A stretch of 64,000 bases of DNA, taken from IMG/VR virus record IMGVR_UViG_3300022821_000014, positions 26,968 through 90,967 of that record. One strand, written 5' to 3'. The position numbers and the translations under genes are program-made. The notes beneath the pieces are model-generated. The model worked only from the letters and a program-made list of their open reading frames with translations, was not told the origin of the DNA and did not search any database. This document shows, piece by piece, positions 28,821-39,097 of the stretch. Source of the DNA: a virus. How positions within the stretch are numbered: the stretch's first letter is position 1; every line of letters begins with the position of its first letter.

Positions 28821-28948
28821 TTATGAAACCAATACATGGATTAGAAACATTGGCAAAGGGCAAAAATGCAAGTTTAAACCATCTGCTTTTTGTCCCAAAA
28901 CAAACCAACCCACAAATCACGTGGTTCAAATTTCACTGCCAGCTTCAT
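28821..28948 (-). pseudogene. Small frameshifted passenger ORF inside the fractured dnaE locus
   Basis: MKLAVKFEPRDLWVGLFWDKK, then in the -1 frame ADGLNLHFCPLPMFLIHVLVS*; ATGA-coupled to the dnaE-N stop. Confidence 0.45.
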
Positions 28949-30687
28949 ACTTCAACGACAACATCTTCTTCGGTGAGGTGTTGAGCTTCGACCCAGCTTC
29001 TATTTGAAGTTAGAATCTCATGGTTCTTGGTACATCTAATCACCTTACCGTTGTCGAGTTCAAGTTCAATACATTCTTCATCGATGTCATATGTCATAGT
29101 GTTTTCCACAGATTGTTCATTACCAAATGCGTCTATTACTTTATCGCTGATGATGATATCTTGAATTTTGGCATGCAACCCATCCGCCATTTTCACACGA
29201 GACCCTGGGAGAAAGCATCCTCGGGCGTTTCCAATCAGCATGTGTTCACTTACAATCTCCATAATTTTGGAGTACGTGAGGAAATACTTTGAGAAGTTCA
29301 GATGCTTGATGACCTTCAGCTCGTGCTTGAGTCGGGCAATGTACTCCTGGTTTTCAGCAAACCCTCTGCGTTTTATACCTGCAATTGCCTGACGCTTCAG
29401 TTCCTGAAAAGCAACCTGGTCTTCGGTCGCCTCGGTCCCAACCTTATCATAGATTGTTTCCAACTCAAACTTATCTACCATGCGACTGATCGATGGTAGT
29501 TTTACAGAACGATCTGGCGTGATATCATCAATCTGGTCGTGAGCAATTGTGTGTGTTCGTTCAATAGCCTCGCACACCAGATCGTCATCATAGAAATCCC
29601 AGCCCTTGCCTTCCTTATACCTGTGGTATGATTCCCAAACCTGCTCGGCATTCTTTGGATAAAGTTCACATTTCAACTCTTCCATCTTCTGCGGGAGTTT
29701 GGAAGTATCCAAGCCTTGGCCTCTGGAAGACCACGCCATCATCTTGTAAATCTCACGCTGCTTCCAGTGGTCTGGGTGAGAGTAGTGTGCATCCACTGTT
29801 ACAACAAGCTTAGTATTTGTACGCTTACTCGCTTCAATGAGATGTTGGTTTACAAGATGCTGCGCTCCCAGGGAGTTGAACTGAAGTTCGAGATAATAAT
29901 TCTCTTCACCAAGAGCCCACTTGAAGCCATCAACAACCTTTTTCAATTCCTGTTGAATCTCATCAAAGTGCAGGTCATTGGGCTCCCAGTTCTCGAAGTT
30001 TGGGTCTTTCTGTCGGTCAAATACCTTCCGTGCGGGTACTCCACCTACACATGCCGTTAGAGCAATGATGTTACCCTTTGCGTACTTCTTGAGCATCTCC
30101 AGGTCCATCCTGGGGTAGCGATAAAAGCCATCAACGTAAGACTCAGAAACAAGCTGGTTAAGTGCTGTAAGGCCCTCACGGTTTTTTGGAAGTAAAACAA
30201 GGTGATTTCTCTGGTTCAGAGGGTCGCCATATTTATTGCCCTTCGTTTCTTCCTCGTTTTCTACTACCGTGCCCGCAACCGTATCTTCCAAATCAAGTTT
30301 TGTTGAGGCATATGCATCCCCAAGAAGCTCTAGATGTCTCTTGAGCTGGTCCTTAGCATCGACATTACCCTTCTTTACTAGCTTCTCTAGACGCTTGATT
30401 TCTCTACGGCCATCATAAATTTCCTGCCATCGTGGAAGTGAATCAATGAAGTAAGCTTCAATGCCTGGCAGTGCCTTGAAGTTCACGCCCTTCTTTACCA
30501 GTTTTTCATGGTGAAAAAACTGGTGTGAATAACCATTCATGTTGCCATGGTCTGTAAGCGCCAGGGCATCCATTCCGTTATCAATGGCATAATTGATATG
30601 ATCTTGCGGCATGCCGATTGCATCACCAATCGAAAACGTACTGTGGGAATGCAATCCCACAAACTTCTTAGGGTATTTCTTATTCAT
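28945..30687 (-). CDS. dnaE: DNA polymerase III alpha N-terminal (PHP) part with a 90-aa N-intein (28948-29217)
   Basis: LHSHSTFS, ALTDHG, HLVLL, DAHY; GNARG|CFLPGS...CTKNHEIL...VEV*. Confidence 0.95.
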   Translation of the reverse strand: MNKKYPKKFVGLHSHSTFSIGDAIGMPQDHINYAIDNGMDALALTDHGNMNGYSHQFFHHEKLVKKGVNFKALPGIEAYFIDSLPRWQEIYDGRREIKRLEKLVKKGNVDAKDQLKRHLELLGDAYASTKLDLEDTVAGTVVENEEETKGNKYGDPLNQRNHLVLLPKNREGLTALNQLVSESYVDGFYRYPRMDLEMLKKYAKGNIIALTACVGGVPARKVFDRQKDPNFENWEPNDLHFDEIQQELKKVVDGFKWALGEENYYLELQFNSLGAQHLVNQHLIEASKRTNTKLVVTVDAHYSHPDHWKQREIYKMMAWSSRGQGLDTSKLPQKMEELKCELYPKNAEQVWESYHRYKEGKGWDFYDDDLVCEAIERTHTIAHDQIDDITPDRSVKLPSISRMVDKFELETIYDKVGTEATEDQVAFQELKRQAIAGIKRRGFAENQEYIARLKHELKVIKHLNFSKYFLTYSKIMEIVSEHMLIGNARGCFLPGSRVKMADGLHAKIQDIIISDKVIDAFGNEQSVENTMTYDIDEECIELELDNGKVIRCTKNHEILTSNRSWVEAQHLTEEDVVVEV

Positions 30688-30755
30688 TAATAACTTTCAT
30701 GTGAAGGGACTGGCCACAATCCCAAATCTTATATAGGCCTTTTTTATAACCAGAG

Positions 30756-31127
30756 TTACTTCGAAACTTCATACGATGGAAGCATGGGCGCTAAAAGTAA
30801 AGATTCACTTCCTTCCGTTGCCGCCAGATACAAGTGAATAACTTGTTCGCCATATAAAAACGACCTCCCTATATAAGGGAGGTTGAATAATGTGGTGCAC
30901 CTTGTGCTAGCCAGGTACATTAGCAGGTCTCCATGCTTTAGTTTAAATTCAAAGGGGCGGTTTTTCGATTCGACGTGCAGGAACGACTCGTGTAGTACTA
31001 CTCCGTTTGCTTCACATGTTCTGAACTCGGCTTCTGATATCTCAAATTGCATCTGGGCATTATAGGTCTTGAAATCATGTTTAACACGATACAACTTGCC
31101 CTTACAGAACATAACACATTGTGACAT
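30756..31127 (-). CDS. Hypothetical protein
   Basis: 123-aa ORF. Confidence 0.55.
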   Translation of the reverse strand: MSQCVMFCKGKLYRVKHDFKTYNAQMQFEISEAEFRTCEANGVVLHESFLHVESKNRPFEFKLKHGDLLMYLASTRCTTLFNLPYIGRSFLYGEQVIHLYLAATEGSESLLLAPMLPSYEVSK

Positions 31128-31186
31128 GCCCGCATCTAGGTTTAAACCAATTTGGTAAATTTGAAAACGCCCGAGTCGGGAGATAT

Positions 31187-32095
31187 TCAGATATTTCTTG
31201 GCATTATAGCGGTAGGCCCGTTGAATAGCTCAGCTGGCCAGAGATTGCTTCGAATGGCAAACACTCGTGTACGATCGTATCTATTTCCACCATCAACTGT
31301 GTCATGCCATCTGCCATAATTGGTTGTCCCTAACGTCTTGATAAGCCTTTTAGGCCATTCAGAAGATGCATCGGGCCGTGAGGCTTGTAATCTTATTCGA
31401 CCCATACTAGGGGCATTTACGGAAAACGAGTGGTATACGTTCCAAGCTAGGTCATGCTCAGCCGAAATATTTTTCCCGAACTCGATTGCTGTCGGGTGTT
31501 CGAGACCAACTGTCTCTTTATACGCAGCAGATTCTACTCTTTGATTTCCTTTGACTAGAGACTCAATTGCCGAGTCAATCTGAACTTGGTAAGTTACCTC
31601 ATCTGCAAACAAATCGTGGAAAAGAACAGCCCACATTTCCGCCTTTTCCCACTTGGGACCTTTACGTGGAACACGTCCACCTGGAGGGGCTACCAGATCC
31701 CGAATTTCGGCGCCTGTTATTAAGCGGCCTGTTTCCCAGTGTCGGAGAGAACCATCTTGAGCAATGTACTTCTTGTCTCTTTTTAGTTCACTCCAAAGAT
31801 TATCCAGAGCTTGACATGGAGCATGAAGTTCAAACTCACGAAGCAAACGCCAAATTGAGCCTTGTTTCATTGAACGTGGATATACACCAATTTTATGTTC
31901 TAGACCAGCTGATATCCCTGCGCCGTCATAGGACTGCACTGCGCCGAACTTACCACCACCTTCAGCCATAGCTGTTAGCCAAAGCCCACGCCATATGTGA
32001 CGCTTTTTTTGCTCATCCGTAAGAACGAAATCTTTGATGCCCAAAATTTTCGCTCCCGACCAAGACCTATACTTTCTCCAGCTAACTTTTGTCAT
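31187..32095 (-). CDS. Possible lysozyme-fold peptidoglycan hydrolase
   Basis: AEGGGKFGAVQSYDGAGISAG resembles E-x8-YD-x4-S-x-G lysozyme-like motifs. Confidence 0.4.
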   Translation of the reverse strand: MTKVSWRKYRSWSGAKILGIKDFVLTDEQKKRHIWRGLWLTAMAEGGGKFGAVQSYDGAGISAGLEHKIGVYPRSMKQGSIWRLLREFELHAPCQALDNLWSELKRDKKYIAQDGSLRHWETGRLITGAEIRDLVAPPGGRVPRKGPKWEKAEMWAVLFHDLFADEVTYQVQIDSAIESLVKGNQRVESAAYKETVGLEHPTAIEFGKNISAEHDLAWNVYHSFSVNAPSMGRIRLQASRPDASSEWPKRLIKTLGTTNYGRWHDTVDGGNRYDRTRVFAIRSNLWPAELFNGPTAIMPRNI

Positions 32096-32558
32096 TTCCT
32101 AATTTTACCTTGTTGAATTGTTTCAAAATGGCTTTATTGGACATTTGGACAATGTTGACCCAACCAAACTTGTCCCCAAAACCAATATACAACATTCCAG
32201 AGTAAACTGTGTCCTTGGACTTGTAACGGATACAGACACTATTCGTATTCCAATAACTGCGTTTTGTGCTAACAACAGTGTAGCCTTTTTTTACCAAATT
32301 GGCTGCCGCTGCTTTCTTTGATGCAACACAGACCAAATTGGTCTTAGTGCCCTCTGACTCCCATAAATCCGCTTTAAGGAATATAACATAATCACCATGT
32401 TGAATTTTTGTGTGATTTCTACGCCACTCGGCCTTTTGTTCCTTGTATAGGTATCGAAAGCGCCCTTGAAAAGAGTATAGCTTACCTGGTACAAGACCAA
32501 GGTCTTCTAAATCTGTGATTCTTTTTTTTCGCTGTTTTCTCTTACGGCGGTCGGTCAT
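32082..32558 (-). CDS. Hypothetical basic protein
   Basis: 158-aa ORF. Confidence 0.6.
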   Translation of the reverse strand: MTDRRKRKQRKKRITDLEDLGLVPGKLYSFQGRFRYLYKEQKAEWRRNHTKIQHGDYVIFLKADLWESEGTKTNLVCVASKKAAAANLVKKGYTVVSTKRSYWNTNSVCIRYKSKDTVYSGMLYIGFGDKFGWVNIVQMSNKAILKQFNKVKLGNDKS

Positions 32559-32632
32559 GATAAGAGTTTGCTCTTCTTGTTGACCCTTGTACAGAGCCCT
32601 GATTTATGAGTTAGAGAGCAGGTTTTATATCG

Positions 32633-33388
32633 TCACAACGACTCCAAATATGCTGGGTTCGTTGTTGTGCCTCTTCTGTAACAATAGAAAGGCATCTTGA
32701 GAACCGATGTTCGTTGAAGTAGAAGTGTCATCTTCGTGTTAAAGTCACTATCTTCGGCTTTCTGACACCTTAGTCCCAAGTTACCTGGCATGAACTTCAT
32801 GCCATGATCCCAGAGCTGCCTGTAGAAAAGTGCTGATGCGCCATGCGTCTCGAAGCTTGGACCTACGTAGTAGTGGTTGATGCCACCCGTTTTGAATCCC
32901 GTAAAAACGTGCTGCACGACTGCGGAATGTGGCATGATGTCTGACTCGGTTGGCCCGTCTGAATCTACTAAAACTGCCTGTGCTTTATCCATTTCCTCTT
33001 GTGTCCCACAATTAGCAAAACCGCATAGTGTATGATGGCTTTTCATTTTCTGAAGGGTTTTTACCTGCCACTCCAGCCTTTGCGGACATGAAGCATCATC
33101 AGCATCTTGAGTTGTCACTAAGTCACCAGTCGCTTTGGCATCGATGCCATGGTTCAGTGCGAACCACTTTCCACGATTACTAGGGAGGAAAATTGGCTCA
33201 ACAATTCGGTCATCAAGAGTGACGAGTTTATTAATCACCTCACGTGAGTTGTCGTTGGAACAATCATCTACGATGATCACTTCAACATTTTTGTATGTCT
33301 GGTTCAAAACGGACGTGACGGCTTGTTCAATGAATTGTGCATGATTGAAATTGGCTACGATCACCGAAATTTTAGGCGTGTCAGTCAT
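32633..33388 (-). CDS. GT2 glycosyltransferase
   Basis: ISVIVANFN, SVLNQT, IIVDDCSND, QDADD, AEDSDF. Confidence 0.92.
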   Translation of the reverse strand: MTDTPKISVIVANFNHAQFIEQAVTSVLNQTYKNVEVIIVDDCSNDNSREVINKLVTLDDRIVEPIFLPSNRGKWFALNHGIDAKATGDLVTTQDADDASCPQRLEWQVKTLQKMKSHHTLCGFANCGTQEEMDKAQAVLVDSDGPTESDIMPHSAVVQHVFTGFKTGGINHYYVGPSFETHGASALFYRQLWDHGMKFMPGNLGLRCQKAEDSDFNTKMTLLLQRTSVLKMPFYCYRRGTTTNPAYLESL

Positions 33389-33407
33389 TTATCACATCCT
33401 TCCTGCT

Positions 33408-34433
33408 TTAAATGTTTTGGGCATGTTTCTTACACCATTCCAAAATAATTTTGGGTGGACGAGCTTCGAGGGTGACTGAATTGGTTCTATTACCTTGCCA
33501 TGGAGTATGGAAAATATGCCCGCCTGTTTCTGTAGCAAGTTTATCAGACAATACCCTAATCTCCTCATCAGTGACTTCGTCCAGGCTCTTGTCGGCAAAG
33601 AATGGGTTCCAATCTTCCTTTTTCTTCTCGTTGTAAAGTGTAAGCCACGAACCATTCCAGAAGTGCTTGAACTTCAAGATTTTGCTCTCTATGGAAAACC
33701 AGGAGAAGTGGTAAACGGTTGGTAGATGACCAACTATCATATTGAACCACATCTGGTATTGCTTGGCAGCGGCTTCATCAGTGACTGCGAGCTGTCGCAT
33801 TTTTTCTACATCTTGGGTCATGAAGTTTGAGGATACAATAACCTTACCCGTACTTTTGTCGATGTAATCACAGCCGTCTGTTCCACGCTGCGCATACAAA
33901 AGACCATCTTCCGTCTTGCGCAGATGTTTAGGAATGCCGTGAGTGATATTTGGCAAATTCTTGCTAAGGCGCCATTTCCAAGGGTTTACATCAACCCTTA
34001 CTTTGTCAAGACTGCCCCAATATTCAACAACTGGAAGGCACATCACTGGAGCCTTGTCTATATGTTCAGCCGCTTGTTCGATAAGATTTTCAAGCTTTGC
34101 ACGAATTCCTTCTTCGGCGATCTCATCCACATCTTGCTGCCACAAGTAGTCACCTGTGCACTTGGATCGTGCGAGAGCTTTCATCTGACCATCATATATG
34201 CCGTGGTTGGGTGCATCCCAGGGGACATCCACGTGATATACAAAGAGATGATCAAATTCGTTCATCAACTCTTCTAGTTTAGCCATTGTACCATCGTCCT
34301 TGTCTGAGGAATCTCCGACAACAACCTCGTCGCAGAAAGCAAGCATGCTTCGGATTGCTTCCTCGAAAGGGTAATTCATTTCTACACAGCACCGTGTAGT
34401 GGTGTAGCCTGAGATCTTCATATAGTTTGCCAC
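33408..34433 (-). CDS. GT-A (GT2-like) glycosyltransferase
   Basis: YPFEEAIRSML, DEVVVGDS..DGT, CTGDYLWQQDVDE. Confidence 0.8.
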   Translation of the reverse strand: MANYMKISGYTTTRCCVEMNYPFEEAIRSMLAFCDEVVVGDSSDKDDGTMAKLEELMNEFDHLFVYHVDVPWDAPNHGIYDGQMKALARSKCTGDYLWQQDVDEIAEEGIRAKLENLIEQAAEHIDKAPVMCLPVVEYWGSLDKVRVDVNPWKWRLSKNLPNITHGIPKHLRKTEDGLLYAQRGTDGCDYIDKSTGKVIVSSNFMTQDVEKMRQLAVTDEAAAKQYQMWFNMIVGHLPTVYHFSWFSIESKILKFKHFWNGSWLTLYNEKKKEDWNPFFADKSLDEVTDEEIRVLSDKLATETGGHIFHTPWQGNRTNSVTLEARPPKIILEWCKKHAQNI

Positions 34434-34517
34434 CGTTTCACATAAAGGATGCCCTAAGGAGGGCTTCCTTAGGGCAGTGTATGTTTTTCTTTGTGAGTTG
34501 TAAGTCTCAGATTATCT

Positions 34518-34754
34518 TTATTTTTTTCTCTTCATTTTATATCGGTACCTAACAGCACAAACTACTCGAAACAACAACCTCAGGAGAACTCCAATACCAA
34601 ATATACAGGAGGCGGCGAAATTGATAACGGAAAACCCTGGGGTTGCCAGGAGTGACATCGCAATGGCTAGGTTGTAAATTCCTATAACGAATAGAGGAAT
34701 CTCCCAACTCCCAAAGACATACTCATTGAGATTACTTATGTGATTTTGCGACAT
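34518..34754 (-). CDS. Small two-TM membrane protein
   Basis: Start MSQNHIS; two hydrophobic segments and a basic tail. Confidence 0.55.
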   Translation of the reverse strand: MSQNHISNLNEYVFGSWEIPLFVIGIYNLAIAMSLLATPGFSVINFAASCIFGIGVLLRLLFRVVCAVRYRYKMKRKK

Positions 34755-34755
34755 C

Positions 34756-35658
34756 CTAGGGGCAGTGAACGGTGAATTTGTACGGGCAGAACCGACAGGA
34801 CCATTTGTTTTTGACTGCTCGGCCAGAAATAATCTGATTGATGGCGTCATGCACATTTGTAAGAGCCTTCTCGACTGTCTTGGGTCCTGCCGAGATTGGC
34901 AGGAAGATAATGCGACTACCATCTTTAGCAGGCCGACGGCGAAGAAGAACGAACCCACAACGGGCGTCTTTTAGATCAATACCGTGCTTTGAACACCAGA
35001 AATACTTATAGAGGATGATCTGCATCTGCTTTTGGAACGAACGTATTTGCTCAGCACGCCAGCCCCAATTAGTTGTCTTCCAATCGAGAATCCAATAGAC
35101 ATATTCTCCAGGAACGGTTTCACCCTTGAGTCCACTGAGTCGGTTCTTCTTCCCAGCCTTCTTTTTCGGAACCTTGATTACTAGGTCGATAAAACCCTTG
35201 AAATGTTTATTAACCTGACCCTCGATTGGCTCAAATAGCTTTTCCTCAGCTGATACCAATTTCCAACCTGGAAATTCTTCATCGAGCCATTGGGGCGTTT
35301 TCTCAAGAATACCAGGCATGGCATCGATGAACTCTTGAGCTGACTCGGAATCCACTGCCTTTTCGCTAAAGAGTAATTTTCCGAGGCGTTCTTGAAACTC
35401 AGCTACACACTCTTCAAGAGGTGGAACTGTGCCCGTTAGGACATATTGCTCCATAGCACCGTGCATGACCTGGCCGAATTCGGTGTGGATGGAAGGCCCG
35501 TCCATATTCAGCTTCTTCACATGCTTCAATTTGTGCATGTGTGAACAATCCATCCAGTTGGCAATCTCCGAATAGGAGATATGCCACTTCTGCGTTGGTA
35601 GTACCGTTTTATCTTCAAAAAGAGGGAGTTGTATCTTATCTTGGTTCTTATCGGCCAT
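34756..35658 (-). CDS. PD-(D/E)XK exonuclease (RecB/Cas4-like)
   Basis: HISYS...C, FGQVMH, KGFIDL, ILDWKT, QIILY, CRFCPYK...C. Confidence 0.85.
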   Translation of the reverse strand: MADKNQDKIQLPLFEDKTVLPTQKWHISYSEIANWMDCSHMHKLKHVKKLNMDGPSIHTEFGQVMHGAMEQYVLTGTVPPLEECVAEFQERLGKLLFSEKAVDSESAQEFIDAMPGILEKTPQWLDEEFPGWKLVSAEEKLFEPIEGQVNKHFKGFIDLVIKVPKKKAGKKNRLSGLKGETVPGEYVYWILDWKTTNWGWRAEQIRSFQKQMQIILYKYFWCSKHGIDLKDARCGFVLLRRRPAKDGSRIIFLPISAGPKTVEKALTNVHDAINQIISGRAVKNKWSCRFCPYKFTVHCP

Positions 35659-36610
35659 TTCGGTATCCAATTTTGCAGTTCTCTCGGAACTCATCTAGTG
35701 TCAATGCATTTGAGTAGGAGAATGCGCTCTGTAGGCCACCCCTAATCTGCTGAACCACCTCTGCGACGTGCTGGCCGACAGGCATTGCCATTGTCTTACC
35801 TTCAGGTGTCGGCAGCTCATCTCCACTACGAATTTCTCTCATGGCGTCAGCAGATGCCATACCCCGATAAAGCCCTGGATGGGGTGCCTCGGGGCACGAG
35901 GCGAACATCCGCCCACTCATAACGAGGTGGGCCCCAAGGCCGAGGGCCTTAGCAATATCTCCAATCTCACGGACTCCGCCATCAGCGATTATTCTGATAT
36001 CTGGTCTGTTTAGTTCCTTGATACCTCGTACAACGTTTTCGATTGCTGTCACTTGGGGTACAGTAACACCCGTGACGTTCTTTGTCGTGCATGCGGCACC
36101 TGGGCCAATACCAACCTTTACAGCGTTGGCGCCCCATGCAACAAGCGCAGCGGCCCCTTCATCAGTTGCTACATTTCCTGCTACAATATAGGGTTCGTCT
36201 CCGTAGTTAGACCTAAGGTGGCCCAGGATACTTTTCATTAGGTGATGGTGCCCATGGGCGATATCAATGATGAAGTGCTTTGCACCTGCCGTATGAAGCT
36301 CGTGAAAACGTTCCCGTGCATCCCCTGCTACACCAATTGAGACAAAACAAGGTCTGCCTTGCACTTTTGTATACTCTTCTACAGCGTCACCGATTGATAG
36401 AAAGCGATGAATCGCTCCGATTCCACCAGCATCAGCCATCGCCAGTGCCATTGATCCATTCGTAACTGTATCCATATTTGCAGAAATCACTGGTACGTCA
36501 ATGATGTTTTTGTGGTGCGCTGGATCTAATACACATGCGGTATTCACCTGAGACCGTGAGGTCACAGAGGAGTATTGGGGTACGATGTATACGTCTTTGT
36601 ATTCTGTCAT
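35648..36610 (-). CDS. IMP dehydrogenase / GMP reductase family (no CBS domain)
   Basis: SANMDTVT, DIAHGH, AGNVAT, KVGIGPGAACTT, IIADGG, YRGMAS, PEGK. Confidence 0.92.
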   Translation of the reverse strand: MTEYKDVYIVPQYSSVTSRSQVNTACVLDPAHHKNIIDVPVISANMDTVTNGSMALAMADAGGIGAIHRFLSIGDAVEEYTKVQGRPCFVSIGVAGDARERFHELHTAGAKHFIIDIAHGHHHLMKSILGHLRSNYGDEPYIVAGNVATDEGAAALVAWGANAVKVGIGPGAACTTKNVTGVTVPQVTAIENVVRGIKELNRPDIRIIADGGVREIGDIAKALGLGAHLVMSGRMFASCPEAPHPGLYRGMASADAMREIRSGDELPTPEGKTMAMPVGQHVAEVVQQIRGGLQSAFSYSNALTLDEFRENCKIGYRNGR

Positions 36611-37494
36611 TTATCTAGTGTTTTCCAAAAGAATGCTGTGCGGCCTCTAAGGTGTTGTTCAGTTTCATCAACCGAACCAACGAACCATCCCTCATCCTTG
36701 TGCTGCACGTTCTCACTTAGAATACACTCTAAGCCCATAAGTTTGGACTCAATTACGACCCGTGGGCATGTGTCATGCCCTGCTGGCCTGAATACCAGGC
36801 CTTTAAACCCACTCAATTTCCGCAAGAAAGCAGCTGGAGGAAGTCCACCAACAACCTCATATTTCATGCCTTTTTCTTCACACCATTTCTTTGTTTCCTC
36901 TTCCGCCTTGATCCAAGAATATCCACCAAGAACTGCCCAGGTCTCTGTAGGACTTCGTGTCTCTCTGAGACCCGCTAACATGTCAAGCGTCTCACTTTTG
37001 AATGTGGAAGTCTGAACTATGAAATTTGTTGGCTTTGCTTGTGGGAATTTATCGATATACACCTGCATCTGTGCTTCGGACATAAAATAAACCTTTTGTG
37101 CTCGCTGGTACAGACCTCGAATAAAGATACCATTTTCCTGTGTGTGACAGTCACAATCTTTCCCTTCATTCAGTTTGTGCAGGTGCGTCGACCTATGCTT
37201 GCAGAATTTGTAGTCACATTCAATAATCGCAAAGTTGACCTTTGAGACAACCAGTTCAATTATGGCTGCCCTGGGCATCTGAGTAAAGTTCCCCAGAATC
37301 CAGTATTTGCCCTTGTTGGCCTCAACAAGTTCTGCGGTACATGAAGCGCTGTGAAGTTCGAAGACGGCGCCAGGGGCTTTTTGCAGAATAGCATCGAGGG
37401 TAAGTTCGGCTCCACCTGTGTAGTCCTTTGCAAACATGTCAGAGACGACAACGAATTCAATGTCATCTGGTATGTAAAAAACGGGTTGAATCAT
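36607..37494 (-). CDS. GT-B-like glycosyltransferase
   Basis: GGAEL N-terminal motif; DTCPRVVIESKLMG matching the E-x7-E-A-x-x-x-G region. Confidence 0.6.
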   Translation of the reverse strand: MIQPVFYIPDDIEFVVVSDMFAKDYTGGAELTLDAILQKAPGAVFELHSASCTAELVEANKGKYWILGNFTQMPRAAIIELVVSKVNFAIIECDYKFCKHRSTHLHKLNEGKDCDCHTQENGIFIRGLYQRAQKVYFMSEAQMQVYIDKFPQAKPTNFIVQTSTFKSETLDMLAGLRETRSPTETWAVLGGYSWIKAEEETKKWCEEKGMKYEVVGGLPPAAFLRKLSGFKGLVFRPAGHDTCPRVVIESKLMGLECILSENVQHKDEGWFVGSVDETEQHLRGRTAFFWKTLDK

Positions 37495-37532
37495 AGAGGT
37501 ATTGTATACCCTACTCCATTTGGTGGTTAAAC

Positions 37533-37555
37533 AAGAAAAGGGGCTTTCGCCCCTT
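37533..37555 (-). terminator. Intrinsic terminator
   Basis: AAGGGGC-GAAA-GCCCCTT-TTCTT on the minus strand. Confidence 0.8.
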
Positions 37556-37577
37556 ATTCTATTAACTTGTCTAAGAC

Positions 37578-38948
37578 TTACAGGTCGTCTACCATGTTCT
37601 TATTCTCTACACAGCCAAAGGCTTTGAAGAGCATTCTGAGGTCGGACTCACTATGGGATTCCGCATACTCAAACACTCCAGGAAGTCGCTCCTGGATTCC
37701 TACTTGGTCAGCAATCTGCTTTACCCTCGTCCCATCGTCCAGAGCTTGATGTTCATCCCAATGATCCTTAGGGCATACAACTAGGCTGTAGGTATCGTTA
37801 AGGTACCCAAAAGCAAAGTAACAGTCTGGCCATCGGACTGGAGGTAGAGACGGTTCAGAACTCTCTGTCTCAGCCTTTTTGGCCTTCTTGTTGAGACCCA
37901 TAGCTTCGATAAGCTTGTCCGAATCATCATTAGCGCTTGCAGCACTCTCAGGCTTTGGTCGGCTATCTCGGGCTTCAAAAAGGTTGTAAAAGCCTCCATT
38001 GCTCAAGAAATGGCCTGCATAATCGTCGAACCCGTCAACAATGTCAATGACATGCTCTACTTCAGTGGCAGAGATGAACGTGTAAAGACTCTTTTCGATG
38101 CTACGAAGAAACAGAGGTCCCTTTGCGGTTACCGCACCAAGGTTCGTGGTTGCGTGAACCCAAATAACTTCACCCTCTTTCAACTTCTGGACACGGAGAT
38201 AACTGAGCCTCATTCCCTTCGACAGAAATTTGGTGTCCATCTTTTCAGCAAATGCAGCCTTGAGTTCTTCTTCTGAAAGAATCTTTGGCTTCAATGGCTC
38301 TGACTCCTTTGCAGTCAAGGAAGGTACACCAAGGTCTCCAAACATATCACTTAAAGTATCTTCTTCTTCTAGAACATCCGATGCTTCTGTCTGGGTTGCA
38401 GGAGTGGCTGATGTAGCGTTGGGTGAAGTTGAATCTTCTTCCTCCTCTTCCTTCTCCTGTACTGAGATCTTCCATTCGATGTCATTCGTGATACCGAACG
38501 GTTTGTCGCCACGATAAAGAATTTCGGCGAGTCCAAGAGCAAGCGCAACAGACACATCCTGAAAAGTGATCTCCTCAATCTCCTCAGAACGCATGTTCCT
38601 ACATTCCAGATAGTCCTCATCTGGGTGAACTTCTTCTACCGTATACATGTTGGAGGTGAAACCAGCATTAGGATGTCCAGTCTGTCGGAATGTTCCCAAG
38701 CCAATCACATCTTCCTTCTTAATTGAATCAAAGAGTTCAGCAGTTTCTTCTTCATCTAGGATCAATTGACCGTCTCTCAATTGATCCAGCTGGACAGGGT
38801 CATCATTATTGAGGAAGGTCATAAGTTTGCGTCCTGCATCCAGGACCTCGTGACTACCCCTGCAAGGGTAACGTACATCATTTGGATGTCGCTTCCGCTC
38901 TGTAACAATCACATGCTCTGTGACCTTCATAGTAGACTTTTCACTCAT
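37578..38948 (-). CDS. Hypothetical acidic protein
   Basis: 456-aa ORF with AGGTGA RBS. Confidence 0.75.
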   Translation of the reverse strand: MSEKSTMKVTEHVIVTERKRHPNDVRYPCRGSHEVLDAGRKLMTFLNNDDPVQLDQLRDGQLILDEEETAELFDSIKKEDVIGLGTFRQTGHPNAGFTSNMYTVEEVHPDEDYLECRNMRSEEIEEITFQDVSVALALGLAEILYRGDKPFGITNDIEWKISVQEKEEEEEDSTSPNATSATPATQTEASDVLEEEDTLSDMFGDLGVPSLTAKESEPLKPKILSEEELKAAFAEKMDTKFLSKGMRLSYLRVQKLKEGEVIWVHATTNLGAVTAKGPLFLRSIEKSLYTFISATEVEHVIDIVDGFDDYAGHFLSNGGFYNLFEARDSRPKPESAASANDDSDKLIEAMGLNKKAKKAETESSEPSLPPVRWPDCYFAFGYLNDTYSLVVCPKDHWDEHQALDDGTRVKQIADQVGIQERLPGVFEYAESHSESDLRMLFKAFGCVENKNMVDDL

Positions 38949-39097
38949 TTATTCACCTATACCTGTTGGAACTCACTAAGATCAAGTGTAAGTACACTTG
39001 AAGAATTGTTTCAGAGCTTCTTGTTGGGTCTCTCATGATTACCATTACAAATTCCCAACTTCTCAGAAGTCTCGCAGAGAGGTAATCACCTGTTTGT

